A stretch of DNA of 64,000 nt. Origin: Kiritimatiellia bacterium. GTDB lineage: Bacteria > Verrucomicrobiota > Kiritimatiellia > RFP12 > UBA1067. Under the pieces are notes generated by a model that saw only the letters and a program-made list of their open reading frames with translations, was not told the origin of the DNA and made no database searches. A program made the translations under genes and the position numbers. The stretch covers positions 23,822-87,821 of the forward strand of contig JAZOAC010000135.1 in the NCBI GenBank assembly GCA_045595285.1. Direction: 5' to 3'. Below are positions 19,347 through 28,246 of the stretch, in pieces (position 1 is the first letter of the stretch; each line of letters begins with the position of its first letter).

Positions 19347-20303
19347 TCAATCCTCCACTATATCAAACACGCGGATGTAATCGACGGCGAAGTCGTCGCC
19401 GAGAGCCTCGTCCAACCGAGGATCTTTCGTGGCGTTCTTCTTGTAGTTCATCGCTTCGGTAGTGATGTAGATGAACTCCTTCGTCTGGGAGACGACTTCG
19501 CCTTTACCCTTGCCGACCTTCTCACCGTGCTGTCTGCCGTCGACAAAAATCGTAAATCCGTCGCTCTCCCACAGCAATCCGTACGTATGGAACTCCTCGG
19601 AACCGAGCTTGAGGATGTGCGGACTCGTCTTCGGCTTTTCGCCCGGCTTCATGCGCGGAGTGACGAACACTCCGTAGTCTGGACCGTAGCCGTTGTAGTG
19701 GAAGCAGTGCGGAATAACCTCGCCCGGGACGAACGACTCCATCACGTCAATCTCCACTCCGCTCCGCGCCGGATCGAGCGTCGCGCCAATATCCACGGAA
19801 TTGAGCCAAAACGCGCTCCACCAGCCGGGCTTGCGCTGAAGGCGGCACCGGCATTCGTAATAGCCGTACCGATGCTCGAACTTCGGCGCTTCACGTTTCC
19901 GGTACGCCCAGCGGCGGAATCCGTTCTGTCCACGGTCGCTCAGTTCGGGATCGACCGGTTCGTCCCAGATGCGGTTGCCCGTCTGGAGACTCGCGGAGCA
20001 GAACTGACCGTCCGGACGTTTCTTCAGCTTCATGTACATTATGCCGTCCTTGAACTCGAGCGTGTCGTCTTCAGGACCTGCAAACCAGCTCGCCCGCTCG
20101 CCCATGTAGTTCGTGCGGTACATCCATTTCGAATCATCCAACCTGTCGCCGTTGAATTCATCATTCCATATGAGCTTAAAGTTCTTGCCCGGCGGCAAAA
20201 GCGAAACCGCCTCCCCTTTTACAGCCTCAACCGTCTGTGGCGGTCTTGCATCCCAGACGATCGCCGAAGCGAACGCCAGCATCGAAACAGTCAGAACGTT
20301 CAT
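19347..20303 (-). CDS. GH16-family endo-glycanase
   Basis: 318 aa. Signal peptide, WNDEFNGDRLDDSKW, and the catalytic ExDxxE block GVEIDVMES. The ATG overlaps the upstream stop (ATGA at 20300-20303). Confidence 0.85.
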   Translation of the reverse strand: MNVLTVSMLAFASAIVWDARPPQTVEAVKGEAVSLLPPGKNFKLIWNDEFNGDRLDDSKWMYRTNYMGERASWFAGPEDDTLEFKDGIMYMKLKKRPDGQFCSASLQTGNRIWDEPVDPELSDRGQNGFRRWAYRKREAPKFEHRYGYYECRCRLQRKPGWWSAFWLNSVDIGATLDPARSGVEIDVMESFVPGEVIPHCFHYNGYGPDYGVFVTPRMKPGEKPKTSPHILKLGSEEFHTYGLLWESDGFTIFVDGRQHGEKVGKGKGEVVSQTKEFIYITTEAMNYKKNATKDPRLDEALGDDFAVDYIRVFDIVED

Positions 20304-21295
20304 ATCTGATCCTTCCCTTCAAACATTGCACGAGCAACATCGTTCATGTCGCAACCGGCCATAAACTTAAAGTCTCCATCCTTGGTGGAAGTGCACCATG
20401 GCACCATGAAGAATCCCGAAATCCGTTCCGGTGGGATATGCTTTCTGCAGAACATCGCAAGATTCGGATGATTCTTCACGTTGACTGCAAGACCTCTCGC
20501 CTTCAGTCTGCCGCTGCACCATACGCTGCCGCACGGGACAAGGTCGAATCCTTTCTCCGCCATGCGCGTAAACACGTCGCTGCGCGAATGGTCGGAATCA
20601 ACCGCCGCTTTTGGATCCGTGAATCGTTCCGCATAGCTCCACGGCGAATGCAGAAAGGATTTCGGCAGACGCGCATAGAATTCCTTCGGATCACGGGTTC
20701 CCGGATTGGAGAACATCCACGGACGGCTGTTGTTCTTCTCCAGGCACTTTGCGTAGAATCCGATGTCATGCCACCACAGATCACCCTCACGGTACACGCA
20801 GTACGCATTGCCGCTGGACCACTTGTACCCCTCTTCATCCATGCCGATGTGGAAATAGGGAGGATTGTCGAATATCTCGCAGGTGTCGTCGATGAGATCC
20901 TTCACCACCTTGTAGTATGTCGGCGATGAGATCATACGCGCGTAATCGCCCAACCAGAAGTCGTGGCAGGTGGAGAAATTGAGTTTCGGCACCACCGTAA
21001 GCCCGCCCGCCTTGAGGCGCTTGACTTCCCTGTTGAGCTTCTCCGCGCTCCAGCTTCCCTTGACGGCGATTTCGGGATGGGACGGATAAACCACACCCTC
21101 TCCGACGTCGATGACAAGCGTATTGGTACCGGATCCCGGCTCCAGCAGGCGCTTCATCCGCAGATTCCAGGATGCATCCGTGCACAGCAGACGGTCCGTA
21201 CAGAAATTAGACCATTTCATGCGGCCGGGACCCCGCCAGATCGCCTCGTCATGCCACATGTTGTAACCCAGATGCTGCATCACTGCCCAGATCAT
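20300..21295 (-). CDS. Unassigned TIM-barrel-like glycan enzyme, paralogue P2 (no signal peptide)
   Basis: ORF 20300..21394 is over-extended. The ATG at 21295 forms an ATGA overlap with the stop of P3. Motifs: MQHLGYNMWHDE, VYPSHPEIAVKGSWS, LNFSTCHDFWL, YFHIGMDEE. Confidence 0.7.
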   Translation of the reverse strand: MIWAVMQHLGYNMWHDEAIWRGPGRMKWSNFCTDRLLCTDASWNLRMKRLLEPGSGTNTLVIDVGEGVVYPSHPEIAVKGSWSAEKLNREVKRLKAGGLTVVPKLNFSTCHDFWLGDYARMISSPTYYKVVKDLIDDTCEIFDNPPYFHIGMDEEGYKWSSGNAYCVYREGDLWWHDIGFYAKCLEKNNSRPWMFSNPGTRDPKEFYARLPKSFLHSPWSYAERFTDPKAAVDSDHSRSDVFTRMAEKGFDLVPCGSVWCSGRLKARGLAVNVKNHPNLAMFCRKHIPPERISGFFMVPWCTSTKDGDFKFMAGCDMNDVARAMFEGKDQI

Positions 21296-22104
21296 ATCGT
21301 CATCTCCTTGAGAGTGCCCAAAACACGGGAAGACGGCAATTTCCCCACGATCACCGCATCTCCGTCCGTACGGATGAACGGGACAGAGTCGCATCCGGCC
21401 TTAACCACCTGCATGAAACGGTCCGCATTGCGCCTTACCGTCAGCGGCTTCAGATTGGAATACACGATGTCCCGCGGACAGTCCGCCAGAAAATCCTTCA
21501 TTCCCCACGGATAATCGAACCATGCCCATGTCCGCGCCCCCGTCTCCTTCACCCAGTCGGAGGTCTTGGCAAGATAACGCATCCAGAGATCTCCTTGGCG
21601 CATCACCGCATACCCTCCTGACGGATGTTGCGTTTGCCCCTCATCCGAGAATCCGATGTGAATGAACCGCGGAGAACCGAATATTCCATACGCGTCCTTC
21701 AAGAGGTCGCGGACAAGGGCGTCGTACGGCTTTGAACACACCATACGGTCGTAGACGCCAAGCCACGAATCCCGTGCAGTGCAGAAATCAAGGAGCGGAA
21801 CGACTTCGATCCCGCCATCCTTCAACCCTTTGACCAACGCCGAAGCCTTCTCCGGTGACATGGAACTCTTCGTTGCTATTTCGGGATGGGATGGATAAAC
21901 GACGCCGTCCTGGACATCCACCAAAGCCACATTGAAACCGCCGGCGCAAAGCTTCGCTTTCAATGCCGATGCGGAAGCTCCGCCGAAAAAGGATTTTCCC
22001 GCAAGCAAAGCCGCCTTGAACGGTCGCTTATCCGAGGCAAATGACGGGAAAGTCAGACCGGCAACCACCGCGGAAGCTCCTGACATGAACTGTTTGCGTG
22101 TCAT
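21292..22104 (-). CDS. Unassigned TIM-barrel-like glycan enzyme, divergent short paralogue P3 (Tat-like RK leader)
   Basis: The ATG at 22104 is preceded by GAGGAG and gives MTRKQFMSGASAVVAGLTFPSFA. Motifs: VVYPSHPEIATKSS, LDFCTARDSWL, FIHIGFSDEG. Lacks the LLHxGxNMW block. Confidence 0.65.
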   Translation of the reverse strand: MTRKQFMSGASAVVAGLTFPSFASDKRPFKAALLAGKSFFGGASASALKAKLCAGGFNVALVDVQDGVVYPSHPEIATKSSMSPEKASALVKGLKDGGIEVVPLLDFCTARDSWLGVYDRMVCSKPYDALVRDLLKDAYGIFGSPRFIHIGFSDEGQTQHPSGGYAVMRQGDLWMRYLAKTSDWVKETGARTWAWFDYPWGMKDFLADCPRDIVYSNLKPLTVRRNADRFMQVVKAGCDSVPFIRTDGDAVIVGKLPSSRVLGTLKEMTI

Positions 22105-22114
22105 TGGCAACTCC

Positions 22115-24442
22115 TCACCGTACGATAACCCTGAAAGCGACCGGACGAAGATATCCGGCGGAATTCTGCGCAACCATCTTTCCGTTCACCCGAATGGCTC
22201 CAAGATGCGCGGAGGAAAGAGAGGCAGATTCACCAAACCTGATCGAACTGCGAGATGCAATGTCGGAAACGACAAAATTAACTGAACCATTCTCCGGCCA
22301 ATCCGTCGCAGGAGGCTTGATTGTGACGGAAGATCCTTCACCGAGTGTAATTGTCGATGCAACACCGGGAATCACCTCGCCCATCGTCAATGCGATTCCG
22401 TCCGCAATCTCAAGATTGCCGCCTGACAGCTTGAAATCCGTCGATTCGCTTGCCGATTTTGGATGGGCGAACCGCCATGTCCCGTCTGCAATCACGGTGG
22501 GCTGATACGGGGTGTACGCCGCCTCCATGCTGACGGTTCCGGGACCTTCCTTGCGGATGTAAGCGGATTTGTAGGCTTCAAAATCAGCATCGCCGACAGG
22601 ATAGAAAAGCCGTATCGGATTCGTAATCCTGAAATCAGCCTCCGCGTTGCCGGTCACGTCCTCGACCTCCATCACGATCGCGCTTGGATCTGCATCCTTC
22701 GCCGGAAACAGAGACATTCCGGTCGCACACACCGATGGAGCGGTGCCTGTAACATACCATCTGGGGTTCATGCCGTATCCGACACGCGGCGCCGCACCTA
22801 AAAGCTTCGCGCCATTCTCGAAATGCATATAGTTGAGATACAATCCGGCATCATCGTAATTCTCCTTGACGGACGTTCTCCCGCTCCAGTATCCGACCAC
22901 AAACGTACCTCCGTTCAGGCATACGCCGTATGTCGATGCCGCCGGAATGCACATTGACGCTCCCTGATACAGGAATCCGCCGTTCTCCACGACAAGTCGC
23001 CCCGTCTCCAATGAACCTGAAAGCACGGCATGACCACCACGCCCTACGACAAGCTGGCCTGACGACGGAATGCTTCCGGCGGAGAACTGCACCATCATAG
23101 GGGACTTGTCGCCACCGCTGACACGAACGACCGATCCCGTAGACATGGAGCTGCGTCCTTCAACCACGGCAACATGCGTCAACGCACCTTCCGCGAAGAA
23201 CAGCTTGAGACTGTGAAGCCCTACTTGTCCCCTATCGGTATAGGAACCGTCTTCATTCCTTTGTTCCGGTATTGTCATCCCCTGACACTCGGAGGACATC
23301 TTCTCAAAATCAATGTCGCCATATTGATAGGAACTTTCAGAAAAACCGTTCGCCCAAGGGGAATTGAACGAATAGGACGCTATGCAGGCCTGTATGTCAC
23401 GCCCCATCTGACGCAATCTGAGCAGACACCCCGTCTGGTAGCTGGAACTTACTTTGTTGTATATCTGCAAAGCGGCATAGGCACCGTTGTTCCGCCAATG
23501 GCTATATGCGGCGGGATCTTTATCGCCGCCTGTTCTGCTGCCGCACAGAATGGCGGTAACATTGGTCAAAGAGGACAGCAATCGGTCCTTGGAAACGGTT
23601 TTCCATTTATCATTGAGAAAGACATCTTTGCCGCACTCAACATCCAACGCCGAATCCGTACGCATCTGTGAAGCCTCGTAGACAATGTCCCCGTCGCCAG
23701 ACACCGCGCCGGAATACGTCTTCTCCTGAGGATTGCGTATGGTCATGACGCCGTCCACACGAAGGTTCCCGGAATATGTCCCCGGAGACTGTACGATTGC
23801 GGAAGCGCCCGTCGCAATGTATTCCGTATCGGAAGGGACTTCAATATCGCCTTCTATCGGAGAGGCCGTCTCTGTCGTTTCAGAAAGCCCTCCCAAACGG
23901 CGCAAAGCGATGAAGTCAACGCCGTATCCCTTTTCAAAGCCACCGCCTGCATCCTCAAGATCGTATCCGGCGCTGCCTTTCACAACTGTCTTGCCGTCGA
24001 AAAGCGATTCCATGTCCCTGCCGTACAGATGCGTGCCGGCCGCCACATAAACGCCGGACAGCCAGGCGTAGACATCGGCATCGCGCTGTTCAAGAATGAC
24101 ATCGAACTGATATGTCGTGTATTTACCGTCATATTTTCTGGCCGCCTGAAGAATGGTTTTCACCCTCTTCTTCCCGTCGGACTCATACCTTCTTTCTGCG
24201 ATGGGCATAAAATCGAACCGTCCGGCACCGTGCAGATAAATGTAATTACCCTTATATTTACTGTAAGATGCGTTTGCCGCAGCCCTTACGGCATAGTCGT
24301 CGACAGAAATGTTTTCAAACACCTTGCGGGCATTTGTCTTGGAGTTGTTTATCATCAATCCCCTATATGTCAAGGTGTACGGGGCTCCTCCCCGCAGGAA
24401 AAGCGGGACACTTGCGGCAATCAACAGCAACATAATTCGCAT
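22115..24442 (-). CDS. Large secreted beta-helix/PATR-like exoprotein, paralogue 2
   Basis: 775 aa. AAGGAG RBS, signal peptide MRIMLLLIAASVPLFL, and two copies of the module seen in paralogue 1. The C-terminal half is homologous to paralogue 1 (LYLNYMHFENGAKLLGAAPRV vs TYLNYVTFMDGANIKGKPARV). Ends VAFRVIVR. Confidence 0.8.
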   Translation of the reverse strand: MRIMLLLIAASVPLFLRGGAPYTLTYRGLMINNSKTNARKVFENISVDDYAVRAAANASYSKYKGNYIYLHGAGRFDFMPIAERRYESDGKKRVKTILQAARKYDGKYTTYQFDVILEQRDADVYAWLSGVYVAAGTHLYGRDMESLFDGKTVVKGSAGYDLEDAGGGFEKGYGVDFIALRRLGGLSETTETASPIEGDIEVPSDTEYIATGASAIVQSPGTYSGNLRVDGVMTIRNPQEKTYSGAVSGDGDIVYEASQMRTDSALDVECGKDVFLNDKWKTVSKDRLLSSLTNVTAILCGSRTGGDKDPAAYSHWRNNGAYAALQIYNKVSSSYQTGCLLRLRQMGRDIQACIASYSFNSPWANGFSESSYQYGDIDFEKMSSECQGMTIPEQRNEDGSYTDRGQVGLHSLKLFFAEGALTHVAVVEGRSSMSTGSVVRVSGGDKSPMMVQFSAGSIPSSGQLVVGRGGHAVLSGSLETGRLVVENGGFLYQGASMCIPAASTYGVCLNGGTFVVGYWSGRTSVKENYDDAGLYLNYMHFENGAKLLGAAPRVGYGMNPRWYVTGTAPSVCATGMSLFPAKDADPSAIVMEVEDVTGNAEADFRITNPIRLFYPVGDADFEAYKSAYIRKEGPGTVSMEAAYTPYQPTVIADGTWRFAHPKSASESTDFKLSGGNLEIADGIALTMGEVIPGVASTITLGEGSSVTIKPPATDWPENGSVNFVVSDIASRSSIRFGESASLSSAHLGAIRVNGKMVAQNSAGYLRPVAFRVIVR

Positions 24443-24460
24443 GGCGTTTACTCCTTTGTT

Positions 24461-25552
24461 TCAGATTTTAAGATCCGTTTTTGCAGGCTGTGCATCCATT
24501 GCATCCGCAATCTGGTCTATGGCGCTCTGCCAGTAGTATTGAAGATCGGGCTTGATTTCGCCCCACGGTGCGATCATCATTCCCATGAGCTTTTCATCGG
24601 CGAAGTGGGATCTGGCGTACTTCCACATCCATTCCGCCGCCTTCGGGTCCTGCGGATAATCCTTTCCTGTCGGCCACGGCTTGGGCATCTCGCCCTTCCA
24701 TACCCAGTTGCTGGTGAGGGCGAGGACTTCGAAACCGGCCTCATTCAGCTTTTCCATGGTCTCGAAGGTCTTCACCTTGCGCACCAGATGTTCCGTCGGA
24801 CGCTGAGGATTGCATTTAAGCCGTCTTTCGATATCGGCGCGAATCGCGTCCACATCATGTCCGTGTCCATAAAGCCCGATGTTCTGAACCACCGATTTCG
24901 GCATGCGCGAATAGAAATACTCCGGATATGTGCCGGCGACATAACTGGAGAATACAACGGCCCGCGTCCGGTGCTTTTCGAGACAGTCGAGATAGTGGAA
25001 GAAATCCCTCCACCACAGCTCCGCCCGGCGTATGATGACGAGAGGAAACTTCTTCTGCATCTCAAGATTCTCCTCATCCAATCCGAGGTGCATGAACCTA
25101 GGATTTCCGAACACCTCGCAGACGTCGTCGATAATCTCCTTCACCGCCTTGCGGTATATGTCGGTGGAGACCATGCGCCCGTATTCCTTGAGCCATCCGT
25201 CATGGCACGTGGAGAAATTGAGCTTCGGAACCGCCTCAATCCCCATGGACTTGAGTCTCCTGACCTCGGCGGCAAGCTTTTCCGCGCTCCAGCTTCCTTT
25301 GACCGCGAGTTCGGGATGGCTCGGATAGACAAGCCCTTCACCCACATCGATGACTGCCATGTTGAGGCGCCGTTCCCGCATCCGTTCCGTAAGGGCATGC
25401 CATACATTCCCGTCGGTCCGAAGATGTCCGCATGTGTATGTGAGTCCTTTTTCCCTTTTCTCGCCGGGAGCAAGATACTCCCCCCACATGTTCTGTCCGA
25501 GATGAAGAAGTATCGCCCTGATCTTTTCCTTATGTGAAGCGCAGTCTGCCAT
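24461..25552 (-). CDS. Unassigned TIM-barrel-like glycan enzyme, paralogue P4 (no signal peptide)
   Basis: ORF 24461..25582 begins at a TTG overlapping the tannase stop. The ATG at 25552 gives MADCASHKEKIRAILLHLGQNMWGEY. Motifs: VYPSHPELAVKGSWS, LNFSTCHDGWL, FMHLGLDEE. Confidence 0.7.
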   Translation of the reverse strand: MADCASHKEKIRAILLHLGQNMWGEYLAPGEKREKGLTYTCGHLRTDGNVWHALTERMRERRLNMAVIDVGEGLVYPSHPELAVKGSWSAEKLAAEVRRLKSMGIEAVPKLNFSTCHDGWLKEYGRMVSTDIYRKAVKEIIDDVCEVFGNPRFMHLGLDEENLEMQKKFPLVIIRRAELWWRDFFHYLDCLEKHRTRAVVFSSYVAGTYPEYFYSRMPKSVVQNIGLYGHGHDVDAIRADIERRLKCNPQRPTEHLVRKVKTFETMEKLNEAGFEVLALTSNWVWKGEMPKPWPTGKDYPQDPKAAEWMWKYARSHFADEKLMGMMIAPWGEIKPDLQYYWQSAIDQIADAMDAQPAKTDLKI

Positions 25553-25578
25553 AATTCGCGTTCCCTTCCGTTCTTCAG

Positions 25579-27168
25579 TCAATAGAGACCGTCCGTTTTC
25601 GTTTCAAGGCAACGCCCGTCGATTCTCGCCGCGCCTCGCGGCGTCTCTTTGCGCACCCATCCGCCATTTGCGTCATGGACAAACAATCCGGGATAGGCGG
25701 CGACGGGCAGAGTCATCCTGCGCGAGGTCCAATTGCAGACGAGACGCTCCGGAGCGACGCCGCGTTCACACCAGTCCGTCAGCATCCGCCGCACCTGCGC
25801 ACCGCCCGGAGACGCCGTCATCACCCTCCCCTTTCCTCCGCCGTGCGCGCAGCCGGGGATGCAGAATAAACGGAAATATCCAAGCGTCTTTTCAATTCCG
25901 CCGTCCTTCTCGCAGACACGCTCGTAATAATCGATGATCGGATTCGGCGGAATCGTCTGATCCTCCCATCCGGCGGTCATTATGATCTTGCCGCCGCGCC
26001 GGCGGAATGCGGAAAGGTCGGGCGAACAGGCGTTGAACCGCGGCCCGTATTCCTTCAGATAGCCGTCGATCACATTCCATCCGATCTTCTTCCAGTCACG
26101 GTATCCGATCCCTTTCGACATGAGGTAGCTGCGAAGATTCACAATCCCCATCCATGTCATATTCTTGCCCAGATACGAACCAGGGGCGAAACCGTTGAAA
26201 CAGCATCTGCCGTCATGGACGAGAGGAATGTACAATCTCCTGAGGCGGGCAAGTTTATCCCCGTCCTTGATCGAAGGACAACGCTCTGCCGCCAATGCAA
26301 GAAAACCGTCAATGTCGGTTTCCGACAGACGTCCATCGGAAATGGTGTGCCCGGCGAAAGGCTCCGGCTCCTTCGACCTGCGGTAATCGACGGCCGCATC
26401 CGCCACCACACGCATTTCGTTCGTGGTGAACAGCAGTTTTCCGTCATCGCCGTGCGTCTGCCGCCAGAGATGCCATACCGCCATCTCGTTCACGGCGGCG
26501 TTGTTGTCCGGCAGAATCGAAATTATTCCGTCGTAGTCCTCCGGGAAACGGATCGCCTCGCTCATCGCCTGGCGGCCGCCTGTGGAACCACCGCAGAAAT
26601 ACGCCTTGTCGCAGGGACGGCCGTAGAACGCCTTGACGATCTTCCTGCCGTAAACCGTCATCAGATGGGTGGCGCGCCATTCGAAATCACGCCTGACGCT
26701 CTCCGGCCATATTTTGGAATTGGTCTTTCCGCAATCGGTGATCTTCCAGGTTCCGAGATCGGTAGCAACCCCCGCCGTGCCCGCGGCGGTGTATGCAGTG
26801 AGCGACGGCAACACTCCGCCGTGTCCACTATTGCCCTGCCCCCACATACGTCCATCCCACAATTTCGGCGGCGGCAGTTCAGCACGACAACGGATATCAC
26901 TTCCTTCTTCCGGTTTAAGCACAAAATCGACGCGAACGAAAAAGCCCTTCTTCGCATTCGCCTTTTCCTCCTCCTGAATCGCCGCCCACATCGCAAGCGG
27001 ATTTGGAGTTTTCTTAGAACCGCGCTCAATGAGCACAGCATTCGTCACAAAGCATATAGCATCCGAAACCCCTTTGACGCGTTTAAAACGCACTTCAAGG
27101 TCATCCCCGAACCCACTCAGGGCAAGAATGGTCATGAAGAATCCTGTAAATGCAATCCTTGCTTTCAT
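25579..27168 (-). CDS. tannase/feruloyl-esterase-family alpha/beta hydrolase
   Basis: ORF 25579..27210 starts at a TTG. The ATG at 27168 gives the signal peptide MKARIAFTGFFMTILALSGFG. Family nucleophile block YFCGGSTGGRQAM. Confidence 0.8.
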   Translation of the reverse strand: MKARIAFTGFFMTILALSGFGDDLEVRFKRVKGVSDAICFVTNAVLIERGSKKTPNPLAMWAAIQEEEKANAKKGFFVRVDFVLKPEEGSDIRCRAELPPPKLWDGRMWGQGNSGHGGVLPSLTAYTAAGTAGVATDLGTWKITDCGKTNSKIWPESVRRDFEWRATHLMTVYGRKIVKAFYGRPCDKAYFCGGSTGGRQAMSEAIRFPEDYDGIISILPDNNAAVNEMAVWHLWRQTHGDDGKLLFTTNEMRVVADAAVDYRRSKEPEPFAGHTISDGRLSETDIDGFLALAAERCPSIKDGDKLARLRRLYIPLVHDGRCCFNGFAPGSYLGKNMTWMGIVNLRSYLMSKGIGYRDWKKIGWNVIDGYLKEYGPRFNACSPDLSAFRRRGGKIIMTAGWEDQTIPPNPIIDYYERVCEKDGGIEKTLGYFRLFCIPGCAHGGGKGRVMTASPGGAQVRRMLTDWCERGVAPERLVCNWTSRRMTLPVAAYPGLFVHDANGGWVRKETPRGAARIDGRCLETKTDGLY

Positions 27169-27337
27169 GCTCGCAAGTGTATCAAAACCGCACACGAACA
27201 ATGTACGCAAAATAAAATATAAATTACACGTACAAATTTATGCTAGGCAAATACAGATCGCACTCTTGCCAGAACCTTGTCCGCCATCCCGATGCCAAAG
27301 CGTTCTCCGATAACCGTTGTGGAGAACTGGCACATGA

Positions 27338-28246
27338 CTATTTGCGGCACATGCTAGGAGATATGCCGGTGATGCGCTTGAATACTGTCGCGAAATGTTG
27401 CGGCGACGGGAAACGGTAGCGGCTTGCTATTGCGGCTACGCTCAATTTCGGATTGGCGAGATCGGCACGCGCACGCTTTACCCGCACATCAAGAAGATAT
27501 GCATGAGGCGTAAGACCTGTCGCGCGCTTGAACGCATCAATAAATGCAACCGTCGACAACGCTGCCTCTACCGCCATGTCCTCAACCGAAAAATCGGCCT
27601 CAGGAGTTTTCTCCATTCGTGCAACAATCGTCTTCACCTTGGAATTCGGCCTTCCAAGAGGCGATGGCGGCAGTTTCGGCAGCTCAATCAAAGCAAGCAG
27701 AAGCTCCAATGCCGCGGACTTCATCGCCAGCCTTCGCATCAGCGTACCGCGTTCTTCCTGATCGTACAGCCTGAACAACCGTTCGAAAGCGACGCGAACC
27801 CGCTGCGAAGAAGGACAGATCATATACGGAAATGCAAGCAATCCCCGTGATATCAGAGAACTTTCACTTGGTGTCAAACCAAGAATCGACGAGCCTTTTT
27901 TCGGCATCTTGAAAAGCAGCCTGTAAAGACGCATCCCCTTGGGATTGTTGCATCTCCGATGCGGCTCACCCGGTTTGGACACAAACAACTGCCCCGGAAG
28001 TATCTGACATTCGCCATTCGCGGTGTCATATCGTATGTTCCCTTTAAGGCAGAGACTTATTTCCACATGTTCAGGGTGAATATGCAGATCCACACCATTC
28101 CGCAACGACCTGAAACTGCTGCTGGCAAGCACGGGAATGCAATCGCATCCGTCGGGACGCAAATCGATTATGCGCCAATCATCGCCATCATCATACCTGA
28201 TTGGCTCGATGCTTATGCCGTCTTTTTTATTTGGAAGACGGCTCAC
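27338..28246 (-). CDS. AraC-family transcriptional regulator with N-terminal cupin sensor
   Basis: The C-terminal double HTH ends FATVFKRITGISPSMCRK. The cupin region is VDLHIHPEHVEISLCLKG ... LFVSKPGEPH. The ORF-track start 28453 would overlap lacZ by 227 nt. A GTG at 28244-28246, preceded by GGAG at 9-nt spacing, is the most plausible start. Confidence 0.75.
   Translation of the reverse strand: MSRLPNKKDGISIEPIRYDDGDDWRIIDLRPDGCDCIPVLASSSFRSLRNGVDLHIHPEHVEISLCLKGNIRYDTANGECQILPGQLFVSKPGEPHRRCNNPKGMRLYRLLFKMPKKGSSILGLTPSESSLISRGLLAFPYMICPSSQRVRVAFERLFRLYDQEERGTLMRRLAMKSAALELLLALIELPKLPPSPLGRPNSKVKTIVARMEKTPEADFSVEDMAVEAALSTVAFIDAFKRATGLTPHAYLLDVRVKRARADLANPKLSVAAIASRYRFPSPQHFATVFKRITGISPSMCRK

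Noticed and set aside
12946-25552. Calling the four-paralogue family outright GH20 beta-hexosaminidases.
   Set aside because: Only the H-x-G-x-D-E block resembles GH20. The characteristic GH20 N-terminal strand motifs are not evident. The family is kept as unassigned TIM-barrel-like, with GH20-like chemistry as a hypothesis.
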